This document shows, in pieces, positions 59,244-64,000 of a DNA stretch of 64,000 nt. The stretch covers positions 158,782,001-158,846,000 of the forward strand of contig OZ024742.1 of NCBI GenBank assembly GCA_964016885.1, in the 5' to 3' direction. The notes below the pieces were generated by a model. That model searched no databases, was not told where the DNA came from, and was given only the letters and a program-made list of their open reading frames with translations. The translations under genes were made by a program, and so were the position numbers. Position 1 is the stretch's first letter. Each line of letters opens with the position of its first letter. This stretch comes from Eledone cirrhosa. Its lineage: Eukaryota.

Positions 59244-59289
59244 TCACTTTCTTCCTCCCTCTTACTCACTCTCTTCCTCTCTCTCTCTC

Positions 59290-59329
<40 letters not shown>

Positions 59330-60881
59330 TCTCTCTCTCTCTCACTCTCTTGAAGAAGAAGAAGAAGATATGGAAAATTCCCACTCATCCGCTGTATAAT
59401 TCATCTTTTTGTAGTTTCGTCACTTTAAAAGATAGTACTACTTTTCTCAGGACGCTAATAGTCTTTGAAGAAAGAGAGCTATTAAAGACAAAACATAACG
59501 GATACTGGACAATACAACAACGGTAGAGATCTGATCTATTCGGTCCATTCGATAGGGAAACAAAACGAAAATTGAACATACGATTACGAGGCATGAAAAC
59601 TCCTACAAGACACAAGGAAACCCAACACACAAACGAAAGATATAACCGTCGAAGAAATAGAAAGATTATAAAGAATGAGTTCGAGCATGGAACTTAATGA
59701 TAATAAGGGATAAAGAAACGAAGTAAAGTGTACTGACCACTTCGACGGACAATTTTAAAAAGTGAGAAAGAGACATTATGAGAAGGTTATAGAGTAACAA
59801 ATAGTGGATTCAAGACAGTAGTAATAGATACATAATGAAGAACAAAGAGTGAGAGAGAAATAAATAAAAGAGAGTAAATTTCATAGCAATAGTATTAAAG
59901 AACAGTTTTGGTTTCAAAAATTGGCTGTCAGTTACCATAAGTCCAAATTTAACACTTGGGATAATCGATGGACACAGAAAACTTGAAGACGGACACAGAA
60001 AATTCACGCTCCTCAGCTGTCTACTGGATGAAAGAAAATGATCTAGTTTTAACAGTCAGCCGTAGAAGCTTTATGGATTCATGCTACACTTGCTCACTTT
60101 TGTGTCTATTGATACTGGTTGTATACTAGGAACATTCCCAGCTATACTAACCGGAGAATTGTGGCACTGCTGTGAAAGGATGCGAACAAGAATGACATTT
60201 CCGAAAGCTCCCGGCTCATAACTCAATTGGACACTGAGTTTCAGGTTTTGGTCGAGTTGTTCACCAGGAAGACACCTCTTGTATGATTGGGGGCACGCTT
60301 AACTGTATGATTTCTATCAGATTTACCGCAACAGCTTTCACCTCATGTGGAAATCGTTGTGAGGGTAGATTATAAACTTGGTTTTGGTAGAGCTCTGATC
60401 CACTTAGATTTATCTAGGGATTTCGATAAGATCAACCAATGATAGTTTGGGAATTCAGTCCAGAATCTGGATCAATACACAGTGACGTCTAGCCTGGGAT
60501 CAAAATAAATGACCACCTATCAGAACCACTTGGAATCATATCATATCAATTGAATTCCCAGCTGCTCAAATATTTCATTATATTTCTCAATAGCTTACGT
60601 TCTGTGCCATTTATTACATGTTATTGTCTTTGGTGTTTATTGCTAATTTCTAAGGCTGGAGACATTGTAAAAGATATATTATTCTCACAGGCAACAACGG
60701 ACAGTTTTCCAGCATGGTTATATATACACGATGGTGGACATGTTGTTGTTTTTTGTATCTGCATGTATACATAGTCACGCCAACATGCCTACGCTTAAAC
60801 AATTATACATGCATATACATAAAAAAACACACGTATATATATATGTATGTATGTATACACACATATATATATAAGTGTGTG

Positions 60882-60931
<50 letters not shown>

Positions 60932-61268
60932 CATACGATATTATATATATGTATGCATGTATGTATACATATATATATAGCTCAATGTGTGAGCAGGGAT
61001 ATATACACAAAAGTTTGAAATATGTAATATTAACACAAGCGTATGTGTATATGTGCATGTATGTGTGTGTATATATATGGATATTGTGTGTGTGTGAGCG
61101 TGAGTGGGTGTGCGTATGCTTACATGTTTGTGTGTGTCTGTAATGTTAAAAAACTTCATTAGTTTCACTTTCTGCTAATTATCTCAACACGACGAAACAT
61201 GTCTAATTTATGTTATTATTATATATGTGTGTGTGGGTGTGTGAGTGTATATACATATATAAATGAAA

Positions 61269-61309
<41 letters not shown>

Positions 61310-61310
61310 C

Positions 61311-61342
<32 letters not shown>

Positions 61343-61361
61343 TTTCATTTATATATGTATA

Positions 61362-61398
<37 letters not shown>

Positions 61399-61426
61399 TT
61401 TATATATGTATATACACTCACACACC

Positions 61427-61471
<45 letters not shown>

Positions 61472-61487
61472 TCATATATATATTATA

Positions 61488-61530
<43 letters not shown>

Positions 61531-61546
61531 TCATATATATATTATA

Positions 61547-61591
<45 letters not shown>

Positions 61592-61607
61592 TCATATATA
61601 TATTATA

Positions 61608-61662
<55 letters not shown>

Positions 61663-61689
61663 TCATATATATATATATATATACTCATA

Positions 61690-61721
<32 letters not shown>

Positions 61722-61844
61722 CATATACACACACATTTTGTGGATGTCTGCGTGAGAAAGTATGTATGAAAGAGACTGGCAATAATTATTTCTACATTAT
61801 TCTTTTAGAAAAGCTCCTTTTTTTTTTCTAAACGTATTTCTCAC

Positions 61845-61938
<94 letters not shown>

Positions 61939-61958
61939 CTATCTATCTATCTATTATA

Positions 61959-61993
<35 letters not shown>

Positions 61994-62032
61994 TATATAT
62001 ATGTGTGTGTGTGTCTATCTATCTATCTATTA

Positions 62033-62089
<57 letters not shown>

Positions 62090-62191
62090 CTGTGTGTGTC
62101 TATCTATCTATCTATTATATCTCTGTCTATATATATATATATATATATTATATGTGTGTGTGTCTATCTATCTATCTATTATCTCTCTCTC

Positions 62192-62239
<48 letters not shown>

Positions 62240-62444
62240 TATCTATTGATTTATCTACCTATCTATCTATCTGTCTATCTCCTTCTATCAATATATCTGT
62301 CTCTCACTCTCTCTCTCTCTCGCTCTTATTCTCTCTTCCTCCGGAAATCTCTCTCCTTCTTCTCCCTCTATCTCCCCCTATTTAATTACAAACCAATGAT
62401 TCACATGAAGAAGAAAATAGAAGACAAAGAAGAAGTAATTGTGA

Positions 62445-62783
62445 TGGCAGTGGTGGTGGTAGTGGGGACGGTGATTGTGCTGGTGCTGGTGGTGGTGGTG
62501 CTGGTGGTGGTAGTGGGGACGGTGGTTGTGGTCTTGCTGTTGGTGGTGGTGCTGGTGGTGGTGGTGGTGCTGGTGGTGCTGGTGGTGGTGGTGGTGCTGG
62601 TGGTGCTGGTGGTGCTGGTGGTGGTGGTGGTGCTGGTGGTGGTGCTGGTGGTGCTGGTGGTGGTGGTGGTGGTGGTGCTGGTGGTGCTGGTGGGGCTGGT
62701 GGTGGTGGTGGTGCTTGTGGGGGTGCTGGTGGTGGTGGTGGTGGTGGTGCTGGTGGTGCTGGTGGTGGTGGTGGTGGTGGTGC

Positions 62784-62814
<31 letters not shown>

Positions 62815-63101
62815 GGTGCTGGTGGTGGGGCTGGTGGTGGTGGTGGTGCTTGTGGGGGTGCTGGTGGTGGTGGTGGTGGTGGTGCTGGTGGTGGTGGTGG
62901 TGGTGGTGGTACTGGTGGTGGTGCTGGTGGTGGTGCTGGTGGTGGTGCTGGTGGTGGTGGTGCTGGTGGTGGTGGTGCTGGTGGTGGTGGTGGTGGTGGT
63001 GCTGGTGGTGGTGGTGGTGGTGGTGGTGGTGCTGCTGCTGCTGGTGGTGGTGGTGGTGGTGGTGCTGGTGGTGGTGGTGGTGGTGGTGGTGGTGCTGCTG
63101 C

Positions 63102-63132
<31 letters not shown>

Positions 63133-63335
63133 GGTGGTGGTGGTGGTGGTGCTGCTGCTGCTGGTGGTGGTGGTGGTGGTGGTGGTGGTGCTGCTGCTGC
63201 TGGTGGTGGTGGTGGTGGTGGTGCTGGTGCTGGTGGTGATGGTGGTGGTGGTGGTGGTGGTGCTGGTGGTGGTGGTGGTGCTGGTGGTGCTGGTGGTGCT
63301 GGTGGTGGTGGTGGTGGTGGTGGTGGTGCTGCTGC

Positions 63336-63366
<31 letters not shown>

Positions 63367-63482
63367 GGTGGTGGTGGTGGTGGTGCTGCTGCTGCTGGTG
63401 GTGGTGGTGGTGGTGGTGGTGGTGCTGCTGCTGCTGGTGGTGGTGGTGGTGGTGGTGCTGGTGCTGGTGGTGGTGGTGGTGG

Positions 63483-63513
<31 letters not shown>

Positions 63514-63782
63514 GGTGGTACTGGTGGTAGTGGTGGTGGTGGTGGTGGTGCTGGTGCTGGTGGTGGTACTGGTGGTAGTGGTGCTGGTGGTGGTGCTGGT
63601 GGTGGTGGTGCTGGTGGTGGTGGTGGTGCTGCTGGTGGTGGTGCTGGTGGTGGTGGTGGTGGTGCTGGTGGTGGTGGTGCTGGTGGTGGTGGTGCTGGTG
63701 GTGGTGGTGGTGGTGGTGGTGGTAGTGGTGCTGGTGGTGCTGGTGGTGCTGCTGGTGGTGGTGGTGGTGCTGGTGGTGGTGC

Positions 63783-63813
<31 letters not shown>

Positions 63814-63882
63814 GCTGGTGCTGGTGGTGGTTGCTGCTGGTAGTGGTGCTGGTGGTGGTGCTGGTGGTGGTGGTGGTGGTGC

Positions 63883-63913
<31 letters not shown>

Positions 63914-63930
63914 GGTGGTGGTGGTGGTGC

Positions 63931-63961
<31 letters not shown>

Positions 63962-63969
63962 GGTGGTGC

Positions 63970-64000
<31 letters not shown>
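62445..64000. repeat. (GGT/GCT)n trinucleotide array running off the window end
   Basis: Direct reading; higher-order repeats such as gggctggt..gcttgtgggggtgct at 62692 and 62828. Confidence 0.9.

Noticed and set aside
62526-63239. Trp/Cys-rich 237-aa ORF
   Set aside because: Alternative frame of the (GGT/GCT)n array

Overview
AT-rich, microsatellite-saturated eukaryotic intergenic or intronic DNA. The tRNA-derived SINE families and (TA)n/(CATA)n density suggest an octopus or other cephalopod genome (inference). No host protein-coding gene can be supported; nearly all long ORFs in the track are microsatellite artefacts. Recognisable content: (i) a 5'-truncated, frameshifted R4/Dong-type RLE LINE plus further 3' fragments in (CATA)n; (ii) RTE LINE remnants and short bipartite RTE-derived elements ending in (TATG)n; (iii) Penelope-like RT and GIY-YIG remnants; (iv) more than 20 tRNA-SINE copies. 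The most striking signal is a set of at least six sequence-unrelated families of short cassettes in (TA)n tracts, each carrying a minimal type I hammerhead ribozyme motif. Some have the canonical CUGANGA/GAAA core and others a U3:A8 variant core (UUGAAAA); most have a palindromic helix III. Most cassettes are asymmetric fold-backs in which only one arm carries a 60-110 nt tail with a shared ACTC...GAGTRC hairpin. They look like Penelope pseudo-LTR products, and include inter-family chimeras, solo tails and a tandem array.
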